Assembly (NCBI GenBank): GCA_012295275.1
Contig: CM022673.1
Span: 24,800,001 to 24,864,000 of the forward strand
Length of the DNA stretch: 64,000 bases
Reading direction: 5' to 3'
DNA from: Chrysomallon squamiferum
Taxonomy: Eukaryota; Animalia; Mollusca
Shown: in pieces, positions 21,743-34,800 of the stretch
Layout of the letters: each line of letters opens with the position of its first letter
How positions within the stretch are numbered: position 1 is the stretch's first letter
Notes under the pieces: model-generated
Told to the model about the DNA's origin: nothing
The model's input: only the letters and a program-made list of their open reading frames with translations
The model's database searches: none
Position numbers and translations under genes: made by a program

Positions 21743-24732
21743 AAACTAATTTATCTTCTTTTCTAATCCTGTGTTAGTTTAGCTACCTATTTTAATTTAT
21801 ATTTTATATTTTTCATTCCCTCAGTATGTGTGAATAACAAGTATTTTAAAGATGTCACAAGTCACTGATACATATCCAAGCTAAAAACACAATTTATCCG
21901 TTTTAATAAACATTTTTTATTTTTCTCTTAAATAAATAAATAATAATAATATTCCAAAAAGTAACATTTATATTTATTTACTCAATAATCTAATACAAGT
22001 TTCATCATTTTATAGCGTGAACTAATTTTTAACAGTATTTAAAATGCTAATTGGCAATAAATATTTTGTCTTTTCTGCCCCTTAAACCATTGGTACCCTT
22101 TTTCCTCACTGATGTGTTTGGTATACCCACAAAATCTCTCAACTATTAGGATGGGAAAGTACATCCACTTTCGTATCTTTGCTGTATAAAACTGTGCCAG
22201 GTAACTCGATATGGGAAAGTTGGAGATATTGTTTCTGCTGACGTTCTTGGATTACACTGACCTGATCTTCACTCGGGATGAGCTAATGAATTAAGGAGTG
22301 TTACTAATCAGATGAAAGTCATATTGTAAAGTGCAATATAAGTGTTTAGGAAGCAAAATTTAGATCGTTTTCTAAAGAAGGGTGTGTGTTGTTTGAAAAA
22401 ATGAGTATAGTTTCAGGTTAGAGATTGGGTGTATTGTTATCATTAGTACATCAGTGACAAGTAAATATCTGTTTAAAAAGAGAAACTGCAAGTAGGAAAA
22501 GTTCAATAAAGACATGAATAAATATTTGATGTTTGAACAGTTGAAACATGACAGTTAAAAATTTGTTATTTACATTACAACACATCATCATAACACTCAC
22601 TTCAGTGTTCACTATCATCATTTTATTTATTGCCACACTTATTTTCAAAAACATTTTTTTTTTTTTTTTTAATTTCTTTTCCAAAGAAAACATGCATATT
22701 TAGTCAGTTTAACAAATTTATATATAACTAATTAATTAACAATAATCTAAATTCTCAAACACTGTGGTAATGTAAACATCTGAGTGGAAATCATGCTTGT
22801 ACCTCTTGAAAAATTACATCAAGTACTTCACGTTGCAACATCAGAAATATTGATGACAATAACAATCATGCTTGTTTGTAAATGGGTTTGACAAGAGAAA
22901 ACATTGTCATGCTATTTTGTATAAAAAAGAATTATATTTAGAAATTATATTTTGCATAGTAAAGTTACAAAAGACAGTTTATACTACAAGCATGCCTAGT
23001 GTTTTAACTTGACTGTTATGTGATAAATAGTTAATGAACAACACAAGAAAAAATTGAGTGTATTTGTAACTAAAAAGAATACCAAAATGTGACATGGAGA
23101 AATGATTTAACAATAATATATTAATGTTTTTTTTAATGATAAATTAAAAAATGCTACAGCCTAAGTCACTCAGGAATCCGAATTCATTGGAGGAAATTTG
23201 AAAAAAATATAGTAAATGAAAAAAAATGTATTTTCTAAGGAAACCGAACACATGACGCTGAATTTAACTGACACATCGTGTCATTCAGTATAAGCAGTGA
23301 AATTTCCTGGATGAAAATGAATTATGCAAGACTAATTCAAAGTATATCTTACAACAATAATCTTTATAATACCTTCTTTTTTTATGTTGTACCTGTCATG
23401 TGTTCTAGACAACTCAAATGAAACAGTAAAAAAAATAACAAAGTGCAGTTGTGTCTGTGGTTCTTTTGATCATTTTTTATTTATTTGATTATATTTCTTT
23501 CTTTATTTTATTTTAACTGATTAATTATTATCACCTACTTTGCTACTTTTATGTATTAAAAAGAAAATGGGTTGTTTTTCTTTTGATAGGACAAATTAGA
23601 TAAGGAAGGGAAGGTTTTAGTTTTAAGGTTGTACAAAGCCAGATTGACAATGACTCTACAGTAAATGTTAACTGTTTAATAACCCAGCTTACCAGTATTT
23701 ATAAGCGATCATAGGTCAAGAAAGGCAGTTTAATTTATTTTTAAAACAAGATTTTAGTAATAAAACAAAATATATGTATATATATATATTCATTTCTAGT
23801 AATTTTATTTCCATCTCAAGCAAAATAAACTGGTATTTGACATAGTTTTAACACTGTATAAGTGGTAAATTCTGAGCTTGTTCAGTCCATGTTATTGAGG
23901 AATTGAGAAACTCAAGTGTTTGTTTGTTTTTAATGATCTTTTACAATAGGACCCTGACAACTCAATAGCAAAAACGTGTTCTCTGGTGACAATAAAAATA
24001 TCTCCTTCCAATTCAGATCTTTAAAATATAATCAGTATTTCTCTGATGATCAGAGAACTAATCCAGGTTTTGAACAACTTGGTATCTGTGGACTTGATTA
24101 TCCATTCTTCTGACTTACCTAATGCACCAGTTTTATTACAATTTGTTTCTGTGTTTTAATGAACATTACGGAAGCTCCTTTCTTAAATATCCTGCATCTT
24201 TTGTGGCTTAAGATGTCATTTGGTTCTCATAGATTGTCTTGAATAAATTACAGCATTGATTTATTTACCACAATTAACCAACATAACAAAAACCATCGTT
24301 TTTCCAGCTTGATTAGTAAATGTTTCATGAACTGAGAAAATCTTTTAATTCTCCTCTGATTGTATTTGGCAAAACTGGGTTAGTCTGAGGAACTGCGTTA
24401 TTCAGATGCTTGTGATACTCCTCATGTATTTTTGCTTTTATTTGTAAATCCTGTGCAGCCATTTGTCATAAATAATGTAGGAGTTATTGGATTAATAGCT
24501 ATTAATTTAATATTGTAATCGTCTAAACTTTAGATCCAGTATAATCCAGACTGTTGAGATGAAAAATGTGAGTGTACTAACTGACTTGTAACATTATTAC
24601 ATTGGCTGCTGCATGATACTGGGATATGTAGTGCATGTATAATATTCACTGTTAAATATATAGTATATCTGTAACACATGCACTCATGAGCATAAAAAAA
24701 AAAAAAAAATCAATATAGGTTTATGAATTTAA

Positions 24733-24780
24733 ATGTATGGTTTTTGTGCTAGGGTGTCGTTAAATATTCATTCATTCATT
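24733..24780 (+). mobile_element. Possible SINE 3' end fragment
   Basis: gtgctagggtgtcgttaaatattcattcattcatt resembles the GTGTCGTTAAA + (ATTC)n tails I recall from gastropod SINEs; not verified against a repeat library. Confidence 0.3.
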
Positions 24781-25029
24781 AAAAGTATGGCGAGAGTAAC
24801 CATCTTTTCATGTGAATGTATCAGTCAACAGAAATTAATAATAATAATAACAATAACAATCTTTTCATGTGAATGTACCATTCCATAGTTATTAAAGAAG
24901 AATATATATATACTGACAATAATATCTATTACACAATAATATCTATTAAAAAACGTGTTGTTATAGTATTTTTTATGTAAACAAAAACTTACCTATCTCA
25001 TTGTTTTGATGTTTTAATGGTTATTTTTT

Positions 25030-25038
25030 ATATATATG

Positions 25039-25113
<75 letters not shown>

Positions 25114-25121
25114 TTTGATAC

Positions 25122-25152
<31 letters not shown>

Positions 25153-25177
25153 TACATACATACATATATACACACAC
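25030..25177. repeat. (TA)n / (TACA)n microsatellite, one of many dinucleotide tracts (others at 10040-10143, 20868-20905, 51188-51225, 51664-51703, 63462-63495)
   Basis: Directly visible perfect dinucleotide runs. Confidence 0.95.
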
Positions 25178-28100
25178 ATGGCACAGTCTACAATATTTTT
25201 TTATTATTATTATTCTTAAATGCCTTATTATTAACTTTTTTTATATATTATTTATTTTACCGTTTATGTTGACTCTGTGACGTCGTAGAATGTAATACTA
25301 TTTTTACATGGGGTAAGTTACCGTTGACATAACATGTGTTTTAATAACGTGTTATACAATGATGAATGAATGACGTCAGAGCATTGTTGATGTAATAGTA
25401 TCTACGCTATAATACTGCGGTTGTTTGGAAAGTATCGTTGATTTAGTCATTTGGGATGTTTGTTCCGTCATCACTCACGCGAATTTGCATCACACAAACG
25501 CTTCCTTTCTAAAACTGCTGATAACAAATTTAATTTAATAACTGTGTTGCCCAGAAACCCTCAGGTAGTTTCCAAATATACTACATCGATTATCAGTGTG
25601 TATTGCGTAAATTAGTAACCGTTTTGGATCCACCAGTCTATCCTTTTGACAAATTATAATGTAATTAGGTGTAATTGTTATTACGAGAGAGAGAGGTATT
25701 TTATCTAAAGTGAAGTTTATAAAACATGTTCTCGTTTCTTCAAAAGAAAAACAGGTATGTTAAAAAAAAAAAAAAAATTTATCAGAACGAAAACACGTTA
25801 ATGTATTGTGGGACCATTAATGAGTAGTTTCGTGTGAGTTTTAACAAACCGTATTTATTTTTATTTTTTATTTTTATTATTTAATTATTTGTTTGTTTTT
25901 TATTTATTTATTTATTTATTTATTATTATATATATATATTATTATTATTATTTAAAATTAAAATAAAAGCAAAAACAAAAATTATAACCTCATAAATAAA
26001 ATAAAATAATTATTTATTTCATAGCCTCTGAAACGTGTTTTTCTGTGTGTAGGTTGTTGTTTTTGATGCTACCACTTTAAAATGTACCTGACAGGTCAGA
26101 TATAACATATCACACGCTGAGTTTGATCTTCATCATTTAAGTCAGACCTATCAAAATAAACTGACACCTGCTTAACAAAGACATCAACAGTGACTAGCAG
26201 TGCCTGAGGATAAATGTTTATGTGTGTAGGTATTCAGTGAATACACTATATTTATATCAGTCTGTACTGGTCCACTCACATCATTATAATCCTCAAAATC
26301 ATTGATATGTTCTGTTTTATAATGTTTTAAGCCTCAAAGTAACAGTGGAAGTTCTAATCGCATGATTATGATTGTCAAAGACATTAACAGATACTGTTTA
26401 TGCTGTTAAAATGCTCATGTAATTGTGATAGTCTAACCACACCATAATACTCATCAAAATATAACCATACCAGTAAATAGTAGTTCACTTTATCATCATC
26501 AGTTATTTGTCTAGTCGTGTGTTATAATTAGCATTCATCTCGTCTGGTTATTGTTATAATCATTAAAGAGTCAATGGTCAGGCTTAATGAGTAAGTTAGT
26601 CACACTGTTATAAACAAAAACATTGGTCTAGTCTAGTCTTGTCTAGTCATAATCATCAGTCATTGTTCTAGATACATTTACAGTCATCAAAGTAAACAAG
26701 TCTAACTCATGTTAAAATCTTTAAAGAAAAACAGTTTAAATGAAAACTTAACTGTTCAAGTCTAACTTGTTTATTAATATTACACACATATATATGCATA
26801 TACATATATGTATATATTTATAAACACACACATACACACATTTATTTATTTATTTATTTATATTTATGTATATATTTTTGTATTAAAGCACATTTCTTTC
26901 ATTTTTTTCACTGACTGTGTTTAAGACGTGACAAATCCAGCTCATGTAGCCGTTACACAACAGAATGTCAGTGGCACTGAGCCATGTCTGCAGATGATTG
27001 ATCAAGTGGTACGTAGGTATTTTACTGCTAAAATGAAAATATGTCAGCTTGAACAGACCAGCTGTCAGGTATAATATATATCTATTCATATCAGCTGTTA
27101 TTTATGTATCCTTGGCCTCTGGGATTTGGAACAAAGCAATAGAATTCGATATTATAATTCTCAAAAGTAAATTTATTACAGTCTTGTATTACATGCCTAA
27201 TCATGTAGTAAAATGGCTTTTAAAATAAGAGCTACACTTGATAGAAACAATTAATACCATTGTCCTTCTGTTCAGTTTGTTTAAACAGTATTTATTTTCA
27301 TACACTTAATAGAACGTTACATTTTTTTTTTTTTTTTAAAGTAACTGCAATATCGGTCTGTGGTTGTGATCTAGGTATGTTTAGTCATATTTATTCTGTA
27401 ATCATTCCCCCTTAAACAAAAGAATGATCAATTACACTACTTTCAATATAAACAAATGCTATTCTAATCTTTGGCCTTTGCAGCTCTTATGCAAAATGAT
27501 GTGTATTTAGATTGTCAAGAAAATATATTTTTGTTACTTGGAAAGGGTAGTGATAGTGACATGATCTGAATAATTTGTTAAGTTAGATAAAAGTCTTTCT
27601 TTTTAAAAATGTTTATAACTGTTAAGGTTCTAAGTCACAAAACTGTTAAATCAGTAAGAAAACTAGAAACAATAATTGCTCTATCTGGATCTCATTTATT
27701 TGATTAACAGGTTATCTGAATTTCACAAACCTTAACTACGAAAATAGCTGTCTGACAACTTAAAAAGAAAGATGAGAGAGCGTGTAGATTTGAAATAACA
27801 GAGTAAGTCAGTAATTCAAAATGAATTTTATTCATAACAAAATATATGTGTGTATACATTTGTTCCTGGAATAGATATTATACAGTGAGCAATACGAAAG
27901 GACAGTCTTCCACTTTGGGGAGTGGATAAAGGCATGAGTATGTACAATCATCGTTATCACAAGATTAACTTTGAAAAACTCTACAGCAATAACTGTATCC
28001 ATAGGAAAATGACCATCTGGTATGCAGACCACCTTAATAGCAAGCACCCTCGAGATTAGTAAGCCTTGTTTATTAACCAATTAGAGATCAAAGTTTTTGC

Positions 28101-31100
28101 AAAAATGAACAAGATAATTATATTTTTTATTTTTCCATTAATTTTATACAAATTTCTCATAAATGTTTTGCTGAAATACTGTGATTCTGCTAAGGGGATT
28201 TATTTATTACAGATATAAAAAAAGCCAGATTGAAGATTATTGAGTTAATAATGAGAATTAAGAGACAGTTCAGAGTCCAGGATTCATTTTTGCCAGTATA
28301 AAAATTCCATTTGATCTCAACTCAAAGTGGTGTTTACTTGAATAAAAGCAGTTAATTTGTGACATTTTTGCTTAGCTATTTTAATAGTAATTTTTTTAGG
28401 TAATCGTAAAACTATTGAATTTCCAGAAACAACTGGGAATGATTTCAGAATTTCAGTATCACACAAACAGTTCCATGAAAATAAATCTACATGCAACTTG
28501 TGCTTGATATAAAAATCTTAAATGTATAGATATATATATATATAAATGTACTGTAAAAAAAAAGAAAAGTAACTGTTAGATTACAAAATGTTATTTATGT
28601 GTATGTAGACCAGCGACTATATAAAACAAGTATTACTAAATTGTAAATGTATTAATAAAACTAACAAATTCTAATACTTGGACAGATTAAAAGTACCAAG
28701 GATGGATTCACATTTATTTACCACATAATTTGTGTAGTCATAAAGGTAAAAAGAGCTAATCAGTGTGACCTCTTTTCAAATGTGTAAAAACCAGCTTGAC
28801 ACATTTTGTATTGACAACGGTAAAGAAAGAAAAAAAAAAATTTAAAATATCTGCAGAAAGTTTTTTTTAAAAGTGCTGTAGTCTTATTTTTAGCAGTCTG
28901 TGTCTTGTCTTTTTTTCTTTTATTTTAATTAGAGATAAAAAAAAAATATAAATAAATAAAATAAATGTGAATCCATCAGGCATATAAGGCTTAACAGTGA
29001 CAAAACTGGTACAAAATGTGCAAAAATATCTAAATCAACAGTAGCTACTGGAGAAATAGCATTTCAAATCACATCTTATTTTTTATTTATTTTTTTTTTG
29101 TTTTTATTTTTAAATTATGAAAACAAATTATTAAATTCCAAAGCAGTTATCAAGGCTAATCATTTATATATATATATATAAAAGGTAAAAATAAGATTAC
29201 AGTATAGTATATGATCTACAATATATATATTTTCTTTTCTCATCTTTCTCAGTGTATTTACAGTTCCTACAATTAATGCATATATAATTATTATTGTGCT
29301 AAGTACTTGTTTTAATCAACAGTGTTATATAAAAAATCTACTGTACACAAATCAAGCAAGAATCGTGGAATGTCTAATTAAATATTTGTATAACAGAACA
29401 ACGATAAACTCTGGAATGGAATTAAGATTTATAATCATATTGTGGAATAGAAAAATAAAACTTACGCAAGTTTTTATTTATGGTAGCTGATATGTACCAT
29501 TTAGTTTTGGAATGAATAGCTGAAGTGGGCAGAGTCGTATTCAGAATAAATAAAAAAATAAATAAATAAACCCACTGAAACCAATTTTGAGAAATATCCT
29601 GTCCTAACCAGTTATAAATAAATATATGTTGCATAATTTAAAATAATACATTTACCAGTTTTTAACAACAGCAGTAGGCAACAGATAGGAGATACAAGCA
29701 GAATGTCAGTCCAAAAATGCTCACGAAAAAAAGGAAAAAAAGAGAGACATCACAATGAATATTATTCCATAAAGAAAATAATAATAATAAAAAGAAAAAT
29801 ATTTAAAAAATAATAAATCAATTAAACAAATAAAAATAACTAAATCATTTCTTTTTGTTACGTTAATTTTATCTTACTTTTTCTGATGAAAAACCAAATG
29901 TAGATATATAAGAAAAATTCTCTGAACACTAGTATAGTAATGTCAAATGTATAAAACTGTCGTCACAACATTCAGTATGTACCATTTCCAAGACAAAGAT
30001 AAAAAAAAAGAATGGAAAGGCTTTCAGTTAGAATTACTACTCCATGAAGCTGCCATCTGTTTTAAATCTTACTTTTCTTTTATTATTTTCTTTATCATAA
30101 TATATTTGTGGACCTTTTCAAGATTCCTCTAGGACAAAGCACCATAATTAACATTAAAATTTCTTTAAAAAAATAAAAATAAATAAAAATTAAATGGAAT
30201 GTAAATTTAGGGAAGAGTCTCCACCAGATAATGGGTGCAATGTTGCAAGAATCATTGTGTATATATATATATATATATAAAGACAGATGACTGATCATGG
30301 TAAATTGAATATTTGCTGTTGTTAAACATCTTTAACTCGTACTACTTGTTGTTATATATAATCTTTCAGTACACAGTATTATGTATCCAAAATATCAAAA
30401 CATTTCCACAAGTTTGAGGACAAGAGACAATTTTAAAATATGCTAGTAATTTTCATCCCCACTTTTGCTTTGAAAACATTAAAATATTCTATGCTATAAT
30501 CATCAATTAAAATATAGAAAATCAATTTAAAAACATATTTCAGGTATGGGGGTAGGAAAAAAAAAAAAAAAAAAAAGGAAGAAAAAGACTGGCATCAAAG
30601 TTAACACACAGGTATGAATATATAAATGCCTAAATAATTATACTAATTATAATATCGACAATTTTCAAAATAGATATAGTTTTATGTATACTTATCTCAT
30701 TGTGAATGCTATTGTTGCAAACACAAGCAAATGTACAAAAGTTGAAAAATAGAATGTAAGTGCAAGATCCGTATCACGATTCTTCTATCTCACAAACTGG
30801 AAAGTTTTATCACTGAGTACTAAAAACAGCGTCTGCTAACTTAGTGAACTTAGCAGGGACATGACAGTCAAAGTCTCAAACCAGTTAAAAAAAACACAGA
30901 ATAATATTTTTTAAATCAAAGTAAACAGACATCTTTTACTTTTTTTTTTCTTTGCTTATAGGTGAAACATTAAATAAAAAAAAAAAAATTTTTTTCTTAA
31001 GCTTGTGTGTATAAAAATGTAAATGCTTTACAAAATTATGCATAAAAAAAAAAAAATGTCTACCCATTACATTTATTATTTTAGAAGTTCTTCACAATGT

Positions 31101-31604
31101 GAAATTTATTGGCTCTGAAACAGTACCATTTTACAAAAATGAAGTCTGTACATGTAAATAACAGTGTAAATATAAAACTTCTTAAACTGGTTGCAGTGAT
31201 TCATAATGCTCTGAAAGAAACTTCAGTTTTTCTGGTGACCTTTCATTTTAGAATTCAGTGTTTGAAAATGTATCTTTTTCTGTTTGCTGAAATCATTTTC
31301 TTAATTCATATATGTATGTGTGTATATATATATATATTTATATATATGTATGAACAAGCTGACATACAGAATCATTTCTAAAAATTAAGAATATTCTTGC
31401 AAGCAATTAATCAGATTATTATCTTTTCTTCACATATATAATATATATATATGTCCTAATTTTGTTTCAAGATGCTAAAAAAAAAAAAGAGAAAAAAAGA
31501 CTTGAATCTGATCTTTGACCTGTCTCCCTGCTAAACTTCAAACTAGTAGCCTCAGATTAATGGTTATGCATTTCCAAAAGCTGTGAGCGTACAAAGTCGG
31601 CCGC

Positions 31605-31802
31605 TCACATTTGCTGAAACATGTCGTATTTTGATCTGAAGTCCATTTTGATGCCCCGAGGGTCTGGTTTCTTCTTGGAAGCTAGTCTTTCTCTGTACTC
31701 CTTGGCGCTCAGCGTTGTCACGTCGCCATTTGTCTGGGCCTGTGGTACTGCAGCAGGGGCTGGCTCAGACTTGCTGGACACCTCATTGTGAGTGGTGTTT
31801 TC
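31605..31802 (-). CDS. NHERF1: NHERF terminal exon (ERM-binding domain)
   Basis: [68 protein letters not shown]. Confidence 0.88.
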   Translation of the reverse strand, partial: ENTTHNEVSSKSEPAPAAVPQAQTNGDVTTLSAKEYRERLASKKKPDPRGIKMDFRSKYDMFQQM

Positions 31803-34800
31803 CTGCAGTCAGAGAACATTTACTTCTTTAGTTAGAAACCTAACCAAAATGTGAAAACTGGGCTCAGAAAAACCACAGTTATTACAGGACTGCAGATTTT
31901 TTTTTTTAATTTTTTAATTTAAATAATTTAACTAGATGGAGACTAGAATGCATTTTTAGAGATATTTAGTACAAAATAGTTCATAATTAGCAAAACAAAT
32001 ATTTACTATTTCTTTTTTTTTTTTTTTAAGTAGAGTTCTATTAGCACTCATTCAAAAATATTTAAGATAAATATTCTGTTGTTTGATTTTAAGAAAAACA
32101 CCAATAAAACGTGCAAGTAAAAAAAAAAAAACTCAAATATTTGTGTGGGTATATAACAAGTGATACTTCAAGTAAAATATTTCCAATGTTAAAATTTTTT
32201 TTTTTTTTAAATGTATTGATTAACAGGAAATTTTCTAATTTAAGTAATTAGAACTAATTTTAAATTTCTCAAAATTGCCCAGATTCCTTTGTTTAAATAT
32301 GATCTTCTTAATTTTTGACTATTATGAGTTTACAAAACACAGTACAAAGCCTTTATTTTCAAGTAATGCAACCTTGTCAATAAAAGCAAACTTACAACAT
32401 AAGATGCTTGGCCATTCACTGTTCTGGATGTATCTGAAATGAAAAACAACTGAAGATGATTTAACTATAAATTAAATACAATGATCCTTTCAAACGTATC
32501 TCTCCCCATGAATAATATCTAATACAGCATTTTGTGTATCATCAAACAGGAAACTTGAAGGAAAAAAAAAAAAAAAAAAAATCCTGTTCAAAAAGAACCA
32601 ATGAACAGATTAATATAATCCAATTAAGAAAACAAAATGAAAACACATAACAAAATTATAATTAAAAACATAAATATACATTTACAGTTACATTAGTATA
32701 TAATCAACAAAAATATTACATATTACAAATAAAAAGTGTCTGTTAAAGACATTTACTCTGTCATCTGTAAATAAGATGTACAAATTATATAATTATTATT
32801 AATACAAATTTTGTTTTCTTCTAGAAGTCATTTTGTAAAAATCTAATTTTGAGTGAATAAATCTAGCAAACAGGAATTCATGCACATGGCTACTGCAGCT
32901 AAACTAAAAATTGACTATAAAAACATGATACAATAAAATACTTCTTGAATAGATCCAATATATTAATGCTTCATCTAACTTTCAAATGAAGTCAAATATT
33001 AATGCAAGTTAACACGATTAAATGATAATTTATAACATAACTCGTAACAGAAAGAAATAATGATAACAAAAAATATATTATTCTGATCATTCGCTGTCGA
33101 TAATAACAAAAAGACAAATGTAAAATGTGGTGTGAAAAGTATTTCTGTAGCTGCATCAACTGTATCAGATTAATTTCTCATGACCTAGAGATATTTCACA
33201 AAACCTTTTCTACCCATTACTCCCATATAAATAAGTGCAAACACTCGAATGAACCCAGCTTGTGTTAATTTAAACCTGACAGTAAAACACCTATGTACTG
33301 AATCATCTCTTCTTTAACTGTGGACAACCCACAGCACTGACAAGTATCACATTTCTAATAACATCATCCCTTTTTTATTTATTTATTAAATGATATGTTA
33401 TAAAAAGCATGTGTTATAATAAAAAGCAGTGCAAGGAAAATATTTCTTATCCTAAAGAGGCTTGGAAATGCACTTTAAAATTCTATTTATTATTCAATGA
33501 CTTTATGAACTGCCATAACAGAATATGTAAATTAATTATTTTAAAAGAACTTCTATAAATAATATCACCAACGTTATCTGTATCTATTTGTTTTCAAAAA
33601 GTTCTTATACAATTTAATTGGATATTAATTCAACAATTGGACACTGTGGCTGTTTTGTGTTCTACTTGTATATACACACATCTGTCATAGCTGCCTGTGT
33701 GAAAGTCAATGACAATACTTTCATATTGTTAAAATATGGACAGACATGTTCCTTGTTGCCTGTGCTTTGAAAAACATGAATAAAACATTGATCACTATTG
33801 ACATTCTGAACATGTTCTCTATTATAGTGGCAGGCATGCTTTGCTGTAAACACCTATTCAGTAAGAAAGCAAGCTCTGGTCATAAGAATATTTACAAAAG
33901 CTAAATGTCTGGTTATAACTGTAATGTAACTTTTAAGTTTTACGAGTTCCCCATTTTCTCAAAGGTTTACATTTTAAATACTACTACAAAACAAACACAC
34001 CTGTCTACCTGTCCATCTACCTACCTACATAACTACTTGCAAATCTTTTTAAATAACTTTTGAAAATACAAAAATTTATCTTTTGCTCTTATTTCCCAAG
34101 TTAACACTTGGATAAGAAAGTGTGAAATGCCAAAAACTGAATTTATTTTTGGGATGTTCAATTTTTTTTTGCTCCCTAACAAAATAAAATACATTTTTAA
34201 ACAATGATTAAAATATTTTTCATTCATTAATTTTAGATATTAATTAAATAAAAATACAAACTGAAAACAAATTCAGTCAATGAAAACAAATAATTCAATT
34301 TTTGGTTTAAAGAAAATATAATATTAACAAGTATCAAATCTCAACAAACTGAAACTTAAAATTGTTCCCATTTTGTATGTTTAAATTTAAATAAATGACA
34401 ACTAAACTGAAAGACATTAACATTTCTGTTCAGTGTTTGATTTGGTTACATGTGGAACTAATCTACAGCTGTCTGTTTCGTACACTGAGAAATTGTAGTT
34501 AAATGTCTGATTTACTATTCTGCTAGCAGTGAAGACATCAGAAATCAACTGAATGATTAATGAAGACCCCTACAGCTGAGCTGCAGGTAACTTAGTGCTA
34601 ACTTCATGTAATATTTATCTGTAACATTCACAATAGCTTATCACACCTTGATCTGAATTTTTCTCGTAATAATTTTCCTATTTTCTGAAAGAATGCCCTG
34701 GCCTGAATTATGTAACAAAGTATTTCTAATTTCAGGTTCTTCTCTAAAATAATAGGTTACGTATCTTCTGAAAAACAACCTCGACCTAAATTATGTAACA

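Noticed and set aside
33291-33317. 27-nt phase 1-1 candidate NHERF micro-exon (VKEEMIQYI)
   Set aside because: Weak donor (gtgttt) and poor pyrimidine tract; such matches are expected by chance in long introns.
34530-34586. Plus-strand exon-like block ending CAG|gtaact inside the NHERF gene
   Set aside because: Stops in all three frames and no linked exons.
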